From Eledone cirrhosa (Eukaryota): a DNA stretch of 64,000 bases. The stretch covers positions 82,398,001-82,462,000 of the forward strand of contig OZ024747.1 of assembly GCA_964016885.1 (NCBI GenBank), written 5' to 3'. How positions within the stretch are numbered: the stretch's first letter is position 1; every line of letters begins with the position of its first letter. A program made the translations under genes and the position numbers. A model generated the notes under the pieces. The model worked only from the letters and a program-made list of their open reading frames with translations. It was not told where the DNA came from and did no database searches. Positions 13,803 to 28,145 of the stretch are shown piece by piece.

Positions 13803-14589
13803 TATTATATATATATATATGGGATAACAAGTTATCGTTATCGTACTGGAGATCGAATGACGCAACCTCAAGCGATTAGCGAACTCTAGACTCACCTGAG
13901 CAACGAAACAATTGTCAGTACTTTAAATAAAGCCCTTATTGTACAGCCAACCATGTTACTCTTCATGCTTTAACTATATATATATATATATACTAAGAAA
14001 CATGTATCAAACATATATATGATTAAACTAGTAAATAAATAATGTTGTTATCTCAAGTGCAAATAAAGTATACAATAGACAAATGTCTAACGAAAAGTTA
14101 TAAGAACGTTGAAGGAATTTTAAAATACAGTCGACCTGTAAGACATAGCAGCTAAAATTCACTTAAATCACATCCTACCGTCTTAAAATATAAATAATAG
14201 ATTGCATAACGTAGCTGTAGATACATTGTCTGAAAACAAGTTGGCATGAAGATGGCTGAAACACTTTGATTATAGGTTTGTTTGATCAGAGCTAACCGAA
14301 GCGTAAACACAACAAAAGCAAACTAGAGATAGTTATACAGAATTAAATTTGCGCCTGGTGTGTGTATGTGGAGGCGGGATAAACTCTCTTTCTTACTGCC
14401 AAACAAGTAGACCAGTATTAAAAATAACACAAGTAACACTGTACAATATTCAAAATATCCAAGCCAAGTATACAGTCTGTGCACAACCACTCGACATACT
14501 AGAAATAGCAATGAAGGTCTCAAATCTCAGGACACATTAAACACTATTCATATTAATATAGACACACACACGTACATACATATATATAC

Positions 14590-14623
<34 letters not shown>

Positions 14624-14796
14624 TAGGTAATTCCGAAGAAAAATCAAAGGAAAAAGAGTGCTCTATGTATAGAACAGAGCTATTTAATTAGAAAGTGAAC
14701 AACACAATATATAACTGGTCCATTACCAAAGGTTTCTGGACCCTAGACAATATTAATATATGTCTGGATCAGTCAATATATATATATATATATATC

Positions 14797-14990
14797 ACCT
14801 TGATCACATTGACCAACCAGTCTGTCGAGCGCCAACCGTCGCCGCACGCCGTGCTGTTTTAGCCATAAGATAACGCCATCCCACTGGCTGGGCGGGCAGG
14901 CCGGTACTCATTTCTACAGCTGAGTAAACTGGAGCAACGTGAAATAAAATGTCTTGCTCAAGGAAACAACACATCACCCGGTCCGAGAAT

Positions 14991-14992
<2 letters not shown>
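14797..14992 (-). mobile_element. SINE family B copy
   Basis: Core GGTACTCATTT..CAGCTGAGTAAACTGGAGCAACGTGAAAT matches 310-577. Confidence 0.65.
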
Positions 14993-15062
<70 letters not shown>

Positions 15063-15069
15063 TAAAATG

Positions 15070-15212
15070 TTTACCCTAAAATGGGAGAAATTAGCTAAAA
15101 CCCAAAGCTTTTCCAGGAGCCAAAATTTCTGCAAATTGTGTAATCACACACAAGAAGAAACTGCTGAATAACAGAATTGAACGAACATTATTCTGCCGTC
15201 ACAGAACTAAAA
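15070..15212 (+). pseudogene. Decayed Penelope-like element ORF C-terminus (region downstream of GIY-YIG)
   Basis: Translates FTLKWEKLAKTQSFSRSQNFCKLCN, then after a frameshift KLLNNRIERTLFCRHRTK; resembles the PLE W...C-x-LC...LN-x-R-x-E...CRH terminus; degenerate HHR follows at 15361-15418. Confidence 0.6.
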
Positions 15213-15545
15213 CCCTTTTTTTCCCACTACAAGCCGAATATTACATAAAAGAGGGACATCCCCCAACTATATAAACCTTAATCTAGTTAGAAAAATATAA
15301 AAACAATCTCTTCTCAACATATATTAATAACCTTAAATTACCACACTAATAATGGAAAGATATGCTGATGAGAATAGGTGCAAATATGCGATAATGAATG
15401 TGTCTAAAAACGTCCATAAGTATGTATATATATGTGAAAATGTAAATAAATAAGTAAATATATATATATGTTTGATGTGTATAGTTAGATGTAAGTGTAT
15501 TCATGTATTAAAGTGCTTATATATATATGTATATATATATGTATA

Positions 15546-15610
<65 letters not shown>

Positions 15611-16180
15611 GTATATGTATGTATATATGTGTATATGGATGTGTATGTATGTGTATGTGTGTACACATGGACTAGAGTAAGTATGTATATATGTGTGTGT
15701 CTATACGTGTGTATATAAAGATAAGTTGAGTATGAAAATGTATACACATGAGCGCGTATGTATGTACATGAATACATGTGTGTATATATATGTGTATGCA
15801 TATGTATATATATGTAAGTATGAATATGTGAATTGTGAGTATATGTATTTTGTAGAGGTGTGCAAATATATTTGTGTGTGAATGCGTGGGTGAAAGGATA
15901 CGTACACTTGAAAGAAAAATTTAAGTCTGAATGTTAATTAAGTGCAAACACAAAACCAACCACGCATATCTTTACTATCTCTAATCCTTCTATAGATTTA
16001 GAAAAATAACCAATAATATATTCTATAAAAAATGTCAAAACAACAGATGGGAATCTAATTACTCACTGCCACCAAGAATTCTCACTGCTATCGAAAAACC
16101 ACTCCTTCAACTATTCTTCTAACAACTTCACCCCTCCCTCCTAATATTCTCTATAAAAACTAAATAGGTCCTCAGTAATA

Positions 16181-16300
16181 TTATTCTGATGAAATGACAG
16201 TAAATAATAACATTGAAATATTGAATGTCTGCATAACTAAAAGTTTGTAGATAGCAGCTGTTTTAGGTTATGTAACTGTTATAGAAACACGTGTCAATAA
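16181..16300 (+). ncRNA. Type-I hammerhead motif with extended stem II
   Basis: TTATT-CTGATGA-aATGACAGT...ACTGTTATa-GAAA-CACGTG-TC-AATAA. Confidence 0.6.
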
Positions 16301-16447
16301 ATTCCTTTCAACTAAACTGTATCCATTCAAATCTTTCTATTTTTCTCCGGATTACTTTTGGAACTACAACTGGAACCGTCGAGCAACCTCTACGTGAGCT
16401 GATAATCTACTGTGTGTAATATTTATATTACAACACAACGGAAAATA

Positions 16448-16488
<41 letters not shown>

Positions 16489-16569
16489 CATATTACCCAC
16501 TCTACTACCCTAAGTATTGAGTACTCTGGTGCGTTATGGTCCACCTGGTTCCTTACCACACTTCCTTCG

Positions 16570-16608
<39 letters not shown>

Positions 16609-16658
16609 AAAACTGTAATTGAACCATCAGCACAGTTGAGGTATGTCAGACATCAATT

Positions 16659-16724
16659 TATTTTATCTGATGAGGACGTACTGATGAAATAGCTCAGTAC
16701 CTCTGAAATATATATAATAAAATA
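16659..16724 (+). ncRNA. Minimal type-I hammerhead ribozyme motif
   Basis: TATTTTAT-CTGATGA-GGAcGTACTGA..TCAGTACcTCT-GAAA-TATATA-TA-ATAAAATA. Confidence 0.75.
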
Positions 16725-16763
16725 TATTTGATCACATGAATGTCTATATTTATTAATATTTTG

Positions 16764-16852
<89 letters not shown>

Positions 16853-17706
16853 AATATCAGAAAGGATAGCTGCCAGTCAGTTTATATTTCAGTGGTATTC
16901 ATCAAAGAAGAGATATCTTGCCATGTTAGACAACAATAGAGGACGTCTTAGTACGGTCAACCTCAAATCGCTGACGAATTGCTACTGTAACAAATAAGGG
17001 AGGTTTAAAGTTCAGTTGAAGCAGATTCATCACTTGTAACCTATTTGAAAAAATAAAAGCTGCCTTCTCAGTGTGAAGTAGTGTGTTAAGCCAGTCGAAA
17101 AACATTAAAGGAAGTGGAAATTAATCTATGTCTGATATATTGAGATATTGAAGTATATATATAGCATGAAAGAACGAGGTACGGTGGAAGATAAAAGATC
17201 GCAAAGACACTAATAGCGAGAAAGAGAGAAATGAAGGGGGATATGCAGAGGGGAAAGGGAGGAGAAATGAAAATATGGAAAAAGAAGTACGCAGACAAAG
17301 GGGAGGTAAATATACATTACTATAATTTTTTTTTTAAGCTTGAAAGAAATTGAGTAAGGAAAAGACACTGAATGTGTGAAAGAAAAACAAGATGGATTCT
17401 CAAAATGATATTTATCTCCGTCCATTTGGTATATAAAATTATATGGATTACTGAAATATAGAGTTTATTATTTCTTGCCATATACCCGTACAAATACACA
17501 TATACACAGTTGTAAACCAGCCTAATTATGTGTTATAACGTTATTCATGTCTATACACATATCTTAACACTCGTATACATACACACATATACACAAACAT
17601 GCATATACATACACACATAAACACAAACATGTATATACCTACATACTGATGCAAAACCAGATACCCGTACTCTCAGGAATTCAAATAAATCCGATATTCT
17701 CTCTCT

Positions 17707-17802
<96 letters not shown>

Positions 17803-17965
17803 GGTCCCCCAAAATATGTATACACACTCCGTTTACCTGTACAAGCAATATTTATTAGAATGAAAGTAAGGAAGAGATATAGAAGAAGAATCGACCCGAA
17901 TACCAAAAAAACATGGTAGCTGACGTTCTAATGACACTGCCAGTCCGGCACCTGCACATATATAC

Positions 17966-18336
17966 ATGATGGCTGCCCCCTCGTTATCGAGTATGGCCAT
18001 TGCACCATACACCATTATTAATAATTCTATCGTGCAATGCCTGTGCGTGAAGATATTTTTTTAAGTGAGGAAAGACTGTGCACTGAGCCAATCCCACTCT
18101 CTGAGCGACAGTAGCTATAACCCGAGAAGAAGAAAAGATCAACATCATCGGTAACTACTGAGCCGCAGGTTTTATAAGGGAGTTATCCCAGTTTCCTGAG
18201 TTACCTTCTCCTAGAAGAATGCCCTGACCAAGGCTAGGGGTCCTTCACTCCCAGTGGTTTAACCGCGCGATACATGTGTATATACATATTTACACACTTT
18301 TGGATGGCCATTGACTCTTATGAGTTCTTCCGCCCT
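17966..18336 (-). mobile_element. Non-autonomous RTE-like element, 5'-truncated
   Basis: Reverse complement of 33900-34282; abuts (TACA)n. Confidence 0.7.
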
Positions 18337-18814
18337 TTACATACATACATACATACATACATATATAGTGGCTGCCAACTCGTTTTCGAGTACGGCCACT
18401 ACTTTATATCCATGTAGGAGAACCCCTACCGATGCGCTGAACGAGTGACTTTTTAGTCCAGCCAGTGACTTGAAAACACTCGTACAAACACTACACTTGT
18501 ACATACATACATACTTGTACATACATACATACATACATACATGCATACATACATTCCAAAAATTTTGCATCTAATAACTGCATATACACATGTACAGATA
18601 CAAAGCATATACACATGCACACATACAACTCAAAACATACACATCCGCACATACAATAACATCCATATCTACACATGCAGACATGCAAACATAATCTACC
18701 TAGTTAATGTTGTGTAAATGCCAATGAGAGAATCTTGTGTCTATGTTAGAAACCGACTCTCTCTCTCTATTGGTAAAACTTTGTGAAATTATAAAACCAG
18801 AAGAACATACATAC

Positions 18815-19088
18815 ATGATGGCTGTCCCCTCGTTATCTAATATGACCATTGCACGATATACCATATACACATGCACATACGCAAATGTATACATATACAT
18901 ATATATATATATACATACATATGCACATGTGTGCATACATATTTACACATTTTTGGATGGCCGTTGACTCTTATGAGTTCTTCCGCCCTTTGTCATGTTT
19001 TGTTTTTTGTCCTGCAGGGTGTCCAAAATCACACACCTCACCAAGTAAACTTGGTGGGGGTTGCCGGTTTAGTCGCCGACGACCCGAC
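18815..19088 (-). mobile_element. Internally deleted copy of the same RTE-like element retaining both ends
   Basis: 3' end ATGATGGCTGTCCCCTCG at 18815; 5' end (plus strand ..CCGACGACCCGAC) at 19088. Confidence 0.6.
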
Positions 19089-19966
19089 TATGTGACAGGT
19101 TGTACTGGGTTATATATACATACGTACATACATAAATACATGCATACATACATACATACATACATACATACATACATACATACATACATACATACATACA
19201 CATACATAAATATATGATGGCTGCCCCCTCGTTATCAAGTATGGCCATTGCACGAAAAGAAAATATAGTAACGACAATAATAATAACAACAATAATAATA
19301 ATACACACACACACACACACATATTTATATATATATACATATATATATATACATATACACATACTCACACACGCACACGATAACAATTAACAGTGCTGCG
19401 ATCGAATGTGACTTTTTAGCCCAGCCAATGATCTAAAATGTCTTGCACAGAGTTGGCAACCAAAACATTCACTGGGAATAGCCGGCTGTGGTTGTAGTTC
19501 ATGCTTGGCAGACATGATCAGTAGCATCTCCAACAGCAGCCTGGTAGTCAACCACTGGTCTCACTTTATGACTGCGAAGTTGACTTTCGAGTCCAGCTTT
19601 GCTTAGGCAGAGTCTCGCACATACATGCATACATACATACATACATACAACAGCCATCTGTATGAATGCATTCTGATACATTCCATAGACACACACATGC
19701 AATTCAGTTTATCCAATAGTACTACATGTTCAAATATATACAGTAACCTTTACAAGTATGTCCTACCCAGTCATATATTTACACACATAACCGAGACATA
19801 AATCATAAATTCTGCTTGCCTTCTAGTGTTTCTGCCTTTAAATATAAATCATCCACGCCAAAATATAAACAAATATTCACAAAAGTACTATTTGTATGTA
19901 TACATCTACACACACACACACACACACACAAACATATATATATATATATAGCTAACACACACAGAC

Positions 19967-20064
<98 letters not shown>

Positions 20065-20180
20065 GTGTGTGTGGGTGTTAGCTAGCTAGATAGATAAAAA
20101 AGGGATATATATATAGAGAGAGAGGGGGGTGGAGAAAGAGAGAGAAAGAGAGAGATGGAGAGACGGGGGTGAGAGAGAGA

Positions 20181-20219
<39 letters not shown>

Positions 20220-20700
20220 ACCTGAAAGAAACATTTAAACATATCCACGTTGAACATATATACAAGAAACTGCAGTGGTATTATATATATATACGCTTAT
20301 GTAAGAGAATAAAGAGAGAGGAGTGTATAGAGAGAATTAGGGAATGAGGCGACTGTGTGTGCATGTATGTACGTATGTGTATGCATGTCTGTGTGTGTGT
20401 CTGTAATTGTGTGTTTAAATTATGGTATGTCTAAATGTATTATGAATAACTACTTGTATTAAATACTTTGTGTTGTAAACTTACAACATAAATCTCCCTA
20501 ACGTCAACGTGATATATTCTGTTGTCTTTCAAAACATATTCTGATATTTCTCCAATGTACACCAGCCTCTCAATAGTACCGCCATCTTGGGATTTGGCAT
20601 GGAAGAGCGTTATGGCGGCATATATGGTAGTGTGGCACAGCGGTGTATACCGTTGATTCCACATTAAATGCCTTCTGATATTTAAATACGTCTCTGCATG

Positions 20701-20821
20701 TGAAGGCTTGTGGCTAAGTGGTTAGAGAATTGGATTCACAATCTTGAGGTTGTGAGTTCGATTCCTGGACCGGGCGATGCGTTATGTCCTTGAACAAGAC
20801 ACTTTATTTCACGTTGCTCCT
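20701..20821 (+). mobile_element. SINE family B head
   Basis: A-box TGGCTAAGTGG and B-box GTTCGATTCC. Confidence 0.7.
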
Positions 20822-21079
20822 TCTACCTGGAGCTGAGACCGATAGATAGTAGTAGCAACTGGAAAGACCGACGAAAACATTGTTTCCTCGGTCCGATTTG
20901 ACGAAAGTCGATCGATCCTTTTTATGTTCGGAGTTAAAAATCTGCCAGCATTGATGTTTGCCGAGAAAATAGCGTAATTATCAATAGTCTACATCTTAAT
21001 TTTCATCACAAGACTCAAACCTTATTATTGAGACTGGGTTGATGAAAACTATTCAAATAGTCGTCGGATAGATTATATC

Positions 21080-21580
21080 TATAATTGAAAGAATCATTTT
21101 TTGTCACACACTGTCAGATTGATTCTTCCTGATTGTTACGTTAAAGGTCACACGTGTCTGTGAAAAACTCAGTTATTTACACCTTTACAAGCTCATTCAA
21201 TGAGTAGATCGTTTCGTTTATCGCACAACCAGAATATCCATCCTCGAAAACCGACGGAGATCCATTTTCATACGTATAGATACGTTCGTATGTAGGTGTT
21301 GGAACTCCGTCGAGTCCAACGACGTGTGTACCAGTTGATTCAATGCAATAACCTGTTCGTGTACTTAACGCGCAACAAGCTGAGCATGCCACAGACAAGT
21401 GTACGCTTAACGTAGTTCTCAGGGAGATTTAGCATGACACATTGTGTGACAAGGCCAAATATTTGAAATTCAGTTAGAATTCATTTATGACAGCTGTGTT
21501 AACTAGAACGAGAAGTAAAGTGCCTTGCTCAAGGACACATCATACTGACAGGAATCGAACTGACGACCTTACGACCGAAA
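21080..21580 (-). mobile_element. Long SINE-B-related element
   Basis: tRNA-like head at 21530-21580; body shared with 28195-28385; left boundary approximate. Confidence 0.5.
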
Positions 21581-21659
21581 GCGAACATATGTAAGAATAT
21601 ACGTAACAAATATTGTCACACACGAATTGTAGAACAACTTAAACCTGTCGGAAAACAAT

Positions 21660-21851
21660 TTGAGTACTTCGTCACAACTTGTGTACTTCGTTACAACTTG
21701 AGTACTTCGTCACAACTTGAGTACTTCGTCACAGCTTGAGTACTTCGTCACAACTTGAGTACTTCGTCACAACTTGAGTACTTCGTTACAACTTGAGTAC
21801 TTCGTCACAGCTTGAGTACTTCGTCACAACTTGAGTACTTCGTTACAACTT
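21660..21851. repeat. 19-bp minisatellite (TGAGTACTTCGTCACAACT), about 10 copies
   Basis: Visible tandem units. Confidence 0.9.
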
Positions 21852-21959
21852 TAGGAGAAATTGGTGATATGTTCTTTATGATTCATTTATAAATATATTT
21901 CTTTGACTGATCAACATCAGATATTACATCTATTCTCAATGTTCATAGTGTGTCATTAT

Positions 21960-22148
21960 TCGGTGGATTGGCAGTATCGGTAGAGGGTTGGACGCCATGC
22001 TTTCTAGCATAGTTACGTCCCTTTACAGTCTGAGTTCAAATCCCGCCTAGGTTAACTTTGCCTTTCATCCTTACGGAGTCGATAAAATAAAGTACCAGTA
22101 ATGTACTGGGTAATTGCTGGCCTTGTGCCTAAAGTAGAAACAATTATT
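21960..22148 (+). mobile_element. SINE family A copy
   Basis: Near-identical to 5249-5438. Confidence 0.85.
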
Positions 22149-22489
22149 GTAGATCGATAGATAATTTTGACTCTTTATCGTGAAGCATTATATAGATTTT
22201 GTAGTAAATATTTATTAAATTAACTTGCTTCATATTCAATCAGAAAATAAATAGTACTTGTTTAATTTCATATGTACAATCGATTCAGTGTGTTGTACTA
22301 AAATATTAAGTAGAGTAATATTGTATTAATATATTAATCTATGATGAGGTAACATATAACATAGTATTTGTGGAGTTAGTAGCCAAGACGGGTTTATTTC
22401 AGTATCATAATTTATATCTGAAGAGCTGTACTCTAGTAATGGAAACTAGTAACCAGAGTAACATTGGACGACAAAGGATTTGCTACTAA

Positions 22490-22702
22490 CCCTTTAGCAT
22501 TTACATTTCTTCATATATACTATTGTATTTTTGTGGTAATGGCTTTATTTTACATAATTATCTCACATATTATGAAATTTATGAGATTTTGATATTATTT
22601 ATTTTAAGAACAATACTCAGTATGAGCAGCCAGTTATGTCCGGTTTAAACAGAAAGAGGCGAGAGAATTCTGGCAGTTACGGCCGGTTTTAATGCTAAAG
22701 GG
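22490..22702. mobile_element. piggyBac-type MITE
   Basis: CTAA|CCCTTTAGCATT ... AATGCTAAAGGG|TTAA. Confidence 0.65.
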
Positions 22703-23752
22703 TTAAAAGCCATCTATTCGATGTTTAGTTATTTACAGAATAACATTTCATGTTGTAAATTTGGTTGTTGATATTTATATTTAACCTCAGTTCAGTCCTG
22801 TCTTCTCTAACAGACCTGTTAACTATTAAAGGTGTTCCAGTCTCTGACAGTTAATTTCCTGAAGGTTTTGTATTATGAACTAGTTTATTCAATGCATCCT
22901 TTTCATTTTATTTTACGGTTCCAATATCGATTTATATGATAGATTATTTTTAATTGAAAATAGTTAACTTTGATCAAATTCAATTAGTAATATGTATTTA
23001 TAAGTCATATTTTTAAATATGTACTTGAGACATTAAACTATTATAAATTGTCCTTAAACTATTATAAATTGGGGCAATTTTATCCCATTAGTATTCACAT
23101 TGCTCAATATGATTAACAATAAAAATAAGAAAAGTAACCGCTTGTTGCTGAATCTAAAAATAGAGAAATATCTGCCAAACTTATATATACACCAGGTCCG
23201 TACACAAAGGAAACAAACTGTTACTCCCTCCGCCTCTTCCACTCTCCATATCTCTCACTGTTGTGAGCAAAAGGAGGTCTTTGCGCTGGCCGCCCTGTGG
23301 CCCCGGCGGACAAAATAGAGAAAGCATTTCCCCGGAGGATGGTGAGGGAGAGGCGTTGAAAGAGTCATTGCAGCTCGCGTGGCGAGCATCTGCTGGTAGC
23401 CAACTCTGTGCCGATGGTGGGGAGCATGAAGGTGGCCCGAAGTCCAACGACACCAGAAGTCTCCACTGACACAGGCTGAATTATATGAAGAATGCTTAAA
23501 AGTGAATTCAGTAGAATACAAACTACATTTTGAAATCTAAATGTCCCTACTGTATAGAAAGTGTTAAGGTACGAAATAATGTGTCATTTGAGTGAGTTCT
23601 TACTGTTTTTTTTAGGCGGTTAACGGCGAGGAAGAGGCTCTCCCATTGGTTCAAGAATTTCGTTATAAGACACTATATTTGATGTTTCCCTCTCACTCTT
23701 TCTTCTGCCTTCAATCCACCTGCCCCTTTAAATTTAGATGTGTGTTTGTATC

Positions 23753-23799
<47 letters not shown>

Positions 23800-24008
23800 C
23801 TGTAGATGAGTTCCCCAATTAATTATTTATCTTCCTAAAAACAGTTCCTCCACAGAGCCATCTTATTTTTCTTATTAATTACATTCCCGTCATATTATTT
23901 GGCAATCTTGTTACATTCGCACCTCTCCCAGCTGTTTAGAACAATACAACAGTTAATGCAAAACGAGATTCTGTATGTATGTTTATTTAACTATATCAAT
24001 ATATATAT

Positions 24009-24085
<77 letters not shown>

Positions 24086-24332
24086 AATATATATATGTAA
24101 GTATGTATGTATACGTACATACATATATGTATACAGACGTACAGTAGCATGTATATATATACATACAGGCACACATATATATATGCACGTATCAGTTTAC
24201 CGAACATTTATTATAATGCTCTGACATGCTACTGTACGTCTGTATACATATATGTATGTACGTATACATACATACTTACATTTAAGTAAGTGCCGTACTA
24301 AGAGTGAGAAATGAAATTTCGTTTCATTCTAT

Positions 24333-24378
<46 letters not shown>

Positions 24379-24473
24379 ATATAGTTAAATAAACATACAT
24401 ACAGAATCTCGTTTTGCATTAACTGTTGTATTGTTCTAAACAGCTGGGAGAGGTGCGAATGTAACAAGAATGT

Positions 24474-24926
24474 AGAGACCTGAAAATCCGCCTCTTCATT
24501 GCTGTAGTGGAGTCTGTGCTGCTGTATGGGTCTGAGACTTGGACACTGACCAAGAGACTCACTCAGATGGTGGATGGGTGCTACACGAGAATGCTGAGGA
24601 TGGCTCTGAACATTAATCAGTATACACTGAGGATGAAAAACTCAGAGCTGTATGGGAGCATCCCAAAAGTCAGCTCAAAAGTGACACAGAGAAGACTGAG
24701 GTTGGCTGGACATGCTCACCGACATCCAGAGTTGACATTGCACTCAGTGCTCCTTTGGGAGCCCCTACATGGACACACTAGAAGAGGAAGACCAAGGTTA
24801 ACATATGTTGATGCCCTAAGGACAGACACTGGTCTGTTGGAGATGCAGGATATGGCAGCGATAATGAGGGACAGAGACCGCTGGAGAGAACTCATCCATG
24901 GATCTCGGGAATTTTACCCGCCTTAG
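24474..24926 (+). mobile_element. 5'-truncated RTE-clade LINE (RT C-terminal region)
   Basis: ESVLLYGSETW...CYTRMLR...LRLAGH...RGRP..TY.D...DR..W motifs; no upstream ORF. Confidence 0.85.
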
Positions 24927-24943
24927 ATGAGATATATATATAT

Positions 24944-25085
<142 letters not shown>

Positions 25086-25087
25086 GT

Positions 25088-25121
<34 letters not shown>

Positions 25122-25206
25122 GCAAAAGTTCTATTTAAAATTGTTGGGATACAACAAGTAAATATTTTATAACTAATATAAAGCACTCGACAAGTTTTTG
25201 GAGTAG

Positions 25207-25495
25207 ATATACGATATTAAATAAATGGAAACTATATTTATAAAACCATATTTATTTCATTATACATATTTCAGGGACACCATATTAAAATATGGTATGC
25301 CTTCATCAGACAAAATACAATATATAAACAGTTTTATAAATAATTTTGACGTACCCTATTAGATGCAACCATTATTTTTGGAAGCTGTCTGGATAGTGAG
25401 ATGTTTATAATTATTTTATTAGTTATAGTGTTAAGCACAGTTAGAAAAAGACGGAGAGAAAGAAAAATCTATTTATATCTTTCTTTTCTACATAC

Positions 25496-25526
<31 letters not shown>

Positions 25527-25824
25527 CGGTATTTCTCCAGGCTTTCTCTCTCTCCTTATCTCTCTCCGTTTTTTCTTTCTCTCCGTCTTTTTCTAACTGT
25601 GCTTAACACTATAACTAATAAAATAATTATAAACATCTCACTATCCAGACAGCTTCCAAAAATAATGGTTGCATCTAATAGGGTACGTCAAAATTATTTA
25701 TAAAACTGTTTATATATTGTATTTTGTCTGATGAAGGCATACCATATTTTAATATGGTGTCCCTGAAATATGTATAATGAAATAAATATGATTTTATAAA
25801 TATAGTTTCCATTTATTTAATATC

Positions 25825-25830
<6 letters not shown>
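25207..25830. mobile_element. PLE-like remnant as a ~260-bp-arm palindrome with an HHR in each arm
   Basis: Arms 25207-25467 / 25569-25830, nearly perfect; flanked by (TA)n. Confidence 0.8.
25720..25784 (+). ncRNA. Minimal type-I hammerhead motif (mirror copy at 25253-25317, minus)
   Basis: TATTTTGT-CTGATGA-AGGcATACCATATT..AATATGGTGTcCCT-GAAA-TATGTA-TA-ATGAAATA. Confidence 0.75.
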
Positions 25831-25897
<67 letters not shown>

Positions 25898-26384
25898 TAC
25901 AATGAGACAGAGAGGAAGAAAGAGAGAAGCCGTGAGAGTGTATATATATATGTATGTGAATGGGTGTATATGCATATGTATGCGTGATAGTGTGTATATG
26001 TGTCTGTAAGTGAATGGGCGTATTCGCGTGTGTATCTGACGAAGTCTTACGAGAAATCAGTTATATTGCCTTTCATCCTTACGGGTTCGATAAAATAAAG
26101 TACCAGTAATGCACTGCGTAACTGCTGGCCTTGTGCCAAAAGTAGAAACAGTTATATTAACAAAGACAAGATAGAAAAAAAAAAAACTAATTCCTGGAAT
26201 ATATTCTATAGTATTCCAGTTATTCTCTTGTATTGAACATCAAAACAAACATCATACAGAGTTTGGTTGGTGTTTTCAAAAGAATTGGTGCATAAAAGAA
26301 GACGAAAACACGCACATACATATATGTGTGTGTAAAAATATATACATATGTGTATACACACACACACTCATACATATACTTATG

Positions 26385-26457
<73 letters not shown>

Positions 26458-26460
26458 TTA

Positions 26461-26494
<34 letters not shown>

Positions 26495-26528
26495 CATATA
26501 TATATTTATATATATATACATATATATA

Positions 26529-26602
<74 letters not shown>

Positions 26603-26641
26603 AATATATATATATATATTATATATATATATATTTATATA

Positions 26642-26740
<99 letters not shown>

Positions 26741-26762
26741 TTTATTTATTTATAATATATAT

Positions 26763-26811
<49 letters not shown>

Positions 26812-26812
26812 T

Positions 26813-26915
<103 letters not shown>

Positions 26916-26950
26916 AATATATATATATATATTATATATATATATATTTA

Positions 26951-26996
<46 letters not shown>

Positions 26997-26997
26997 A

Positions 26998-27131
26998 TAA
27001 TTTAATATAGAAATGGCTTCTACAGGTCTAGAACTGTTTCATTCGGAGGAAATCATCAGAAAGTGCTTTCTGATGATTTCCTCCGAATGAAACAGTTCTA
27101 GTCCTTTAGAAGCCATTTCTATATTAAATTA
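26998..27131. repeat. Palindrome whose arms carry an HHR core
   Basis: ~65-bp arms with a 2-nt centre; CTGATGA 27070-27076, GAAA 27089, GTC 27101; relative at 7480-7535. Confidence 0.75.
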
Positions 27132-27194
27132 CTTTTACTCTGCTATGTATTGAGTACCTTACTTACCGGGTTATCCCTGATTTAACCCGGGATC

Positions 27195-27234
<40 letters not shown>

Positions 27235-27248
27235 ACATATGTACTTGC

Positions 27249-27304
<56 letters not shown>

Positions 27305-27388
27305 ACATATGTACTATATATATATACACTTTTATATATATATACACTTTTATGCCGTTCAACACTAACAACCATTTTCTCTCAACCT

Positions 27389-27449
<61 letters not shown>

Positions 27450-27570
27450 CTCCTTCGTTTTCGTTCTCTCTCTGTTTCTCACTCTCTCTCTCTCTTTCTC
27501 TGTCTCTCTCTGTATATATATATATGATACATATGTACTATATATATATACAGAGAGAGACAGAGAAAGC

Positions 27571-27622
<52 letters not shown>

Positions 27623-27778
27623 ATTAGGTTGATAGAAAATGGTTTTTAGTGTTGAACGGCCAACCGAAAAATCTTCAGTAATCGGCGTCCTGTTCAGCAG
27701 TACCACCTTGTGTTCTCTGTCAACGTTTATAGCAGGCCAGTATACCTGGTTGGAAATAGATACCACGGCATGTTACAA

Positions 27779-28145
27779 TCGGTGGATTGGCAGTATCGGT
27801 TGAGGGTCGGTCGCCATGCTTTGCAGCAAAGAGTTACGGCCCTTTACGGTCTGGGTTCAAATCTCGCTGAGGTTAACTTTGCCTTTCATCCTTACGGGGT
27901 CGATAAACTAAAATACCAGTCACGCACTGGGGTCGATTTAATCGACTTTCCCCTTCCCCAAAATTGATGGCCTTGTGCCTATTTAAGAAACCATTATTAT
28001 TCTGAGTTACGCCCCGTTACGGTCTGAGTTCAAATCCCGCCGAGGTCAACTTTGCCTTTCATCTTTACGTGGTCGATAAAATAAGGTACCAGTAATGCAC
28101 TGGGATAATTGCTGGCCTTGTTCCAAAAGTAGAAACAATTATTAT
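27779..28145 (+). mobile_element. SINE family A, full copy plus tandem partial copy
   Basis: Two B-box/core/tail sets. Confidence 0.8.

Noticed and set aside
13840-13925. HHR-like GAAACAATTGTC motif (also at 35085-35165)
   Set aside because: CUGANGA core is corrupted in both copies, so not counted as a ribozyme
20701-20775. tRNA gene
   Set aside because: A and B boxes run into a SINE body shared by several diverged copies; no complete cloverleaf
21660-21851. Shared origin with the terminal 19-bp array (both contain GTCACA)
   Set aside because: Similarity is too limited to distinguish from chance
22410-22460. CTGAAGA...GAAACTAGTA hammerhead-like motif
   Set aside because: Stems I and II do not pair convincingly; at most a decayed copy
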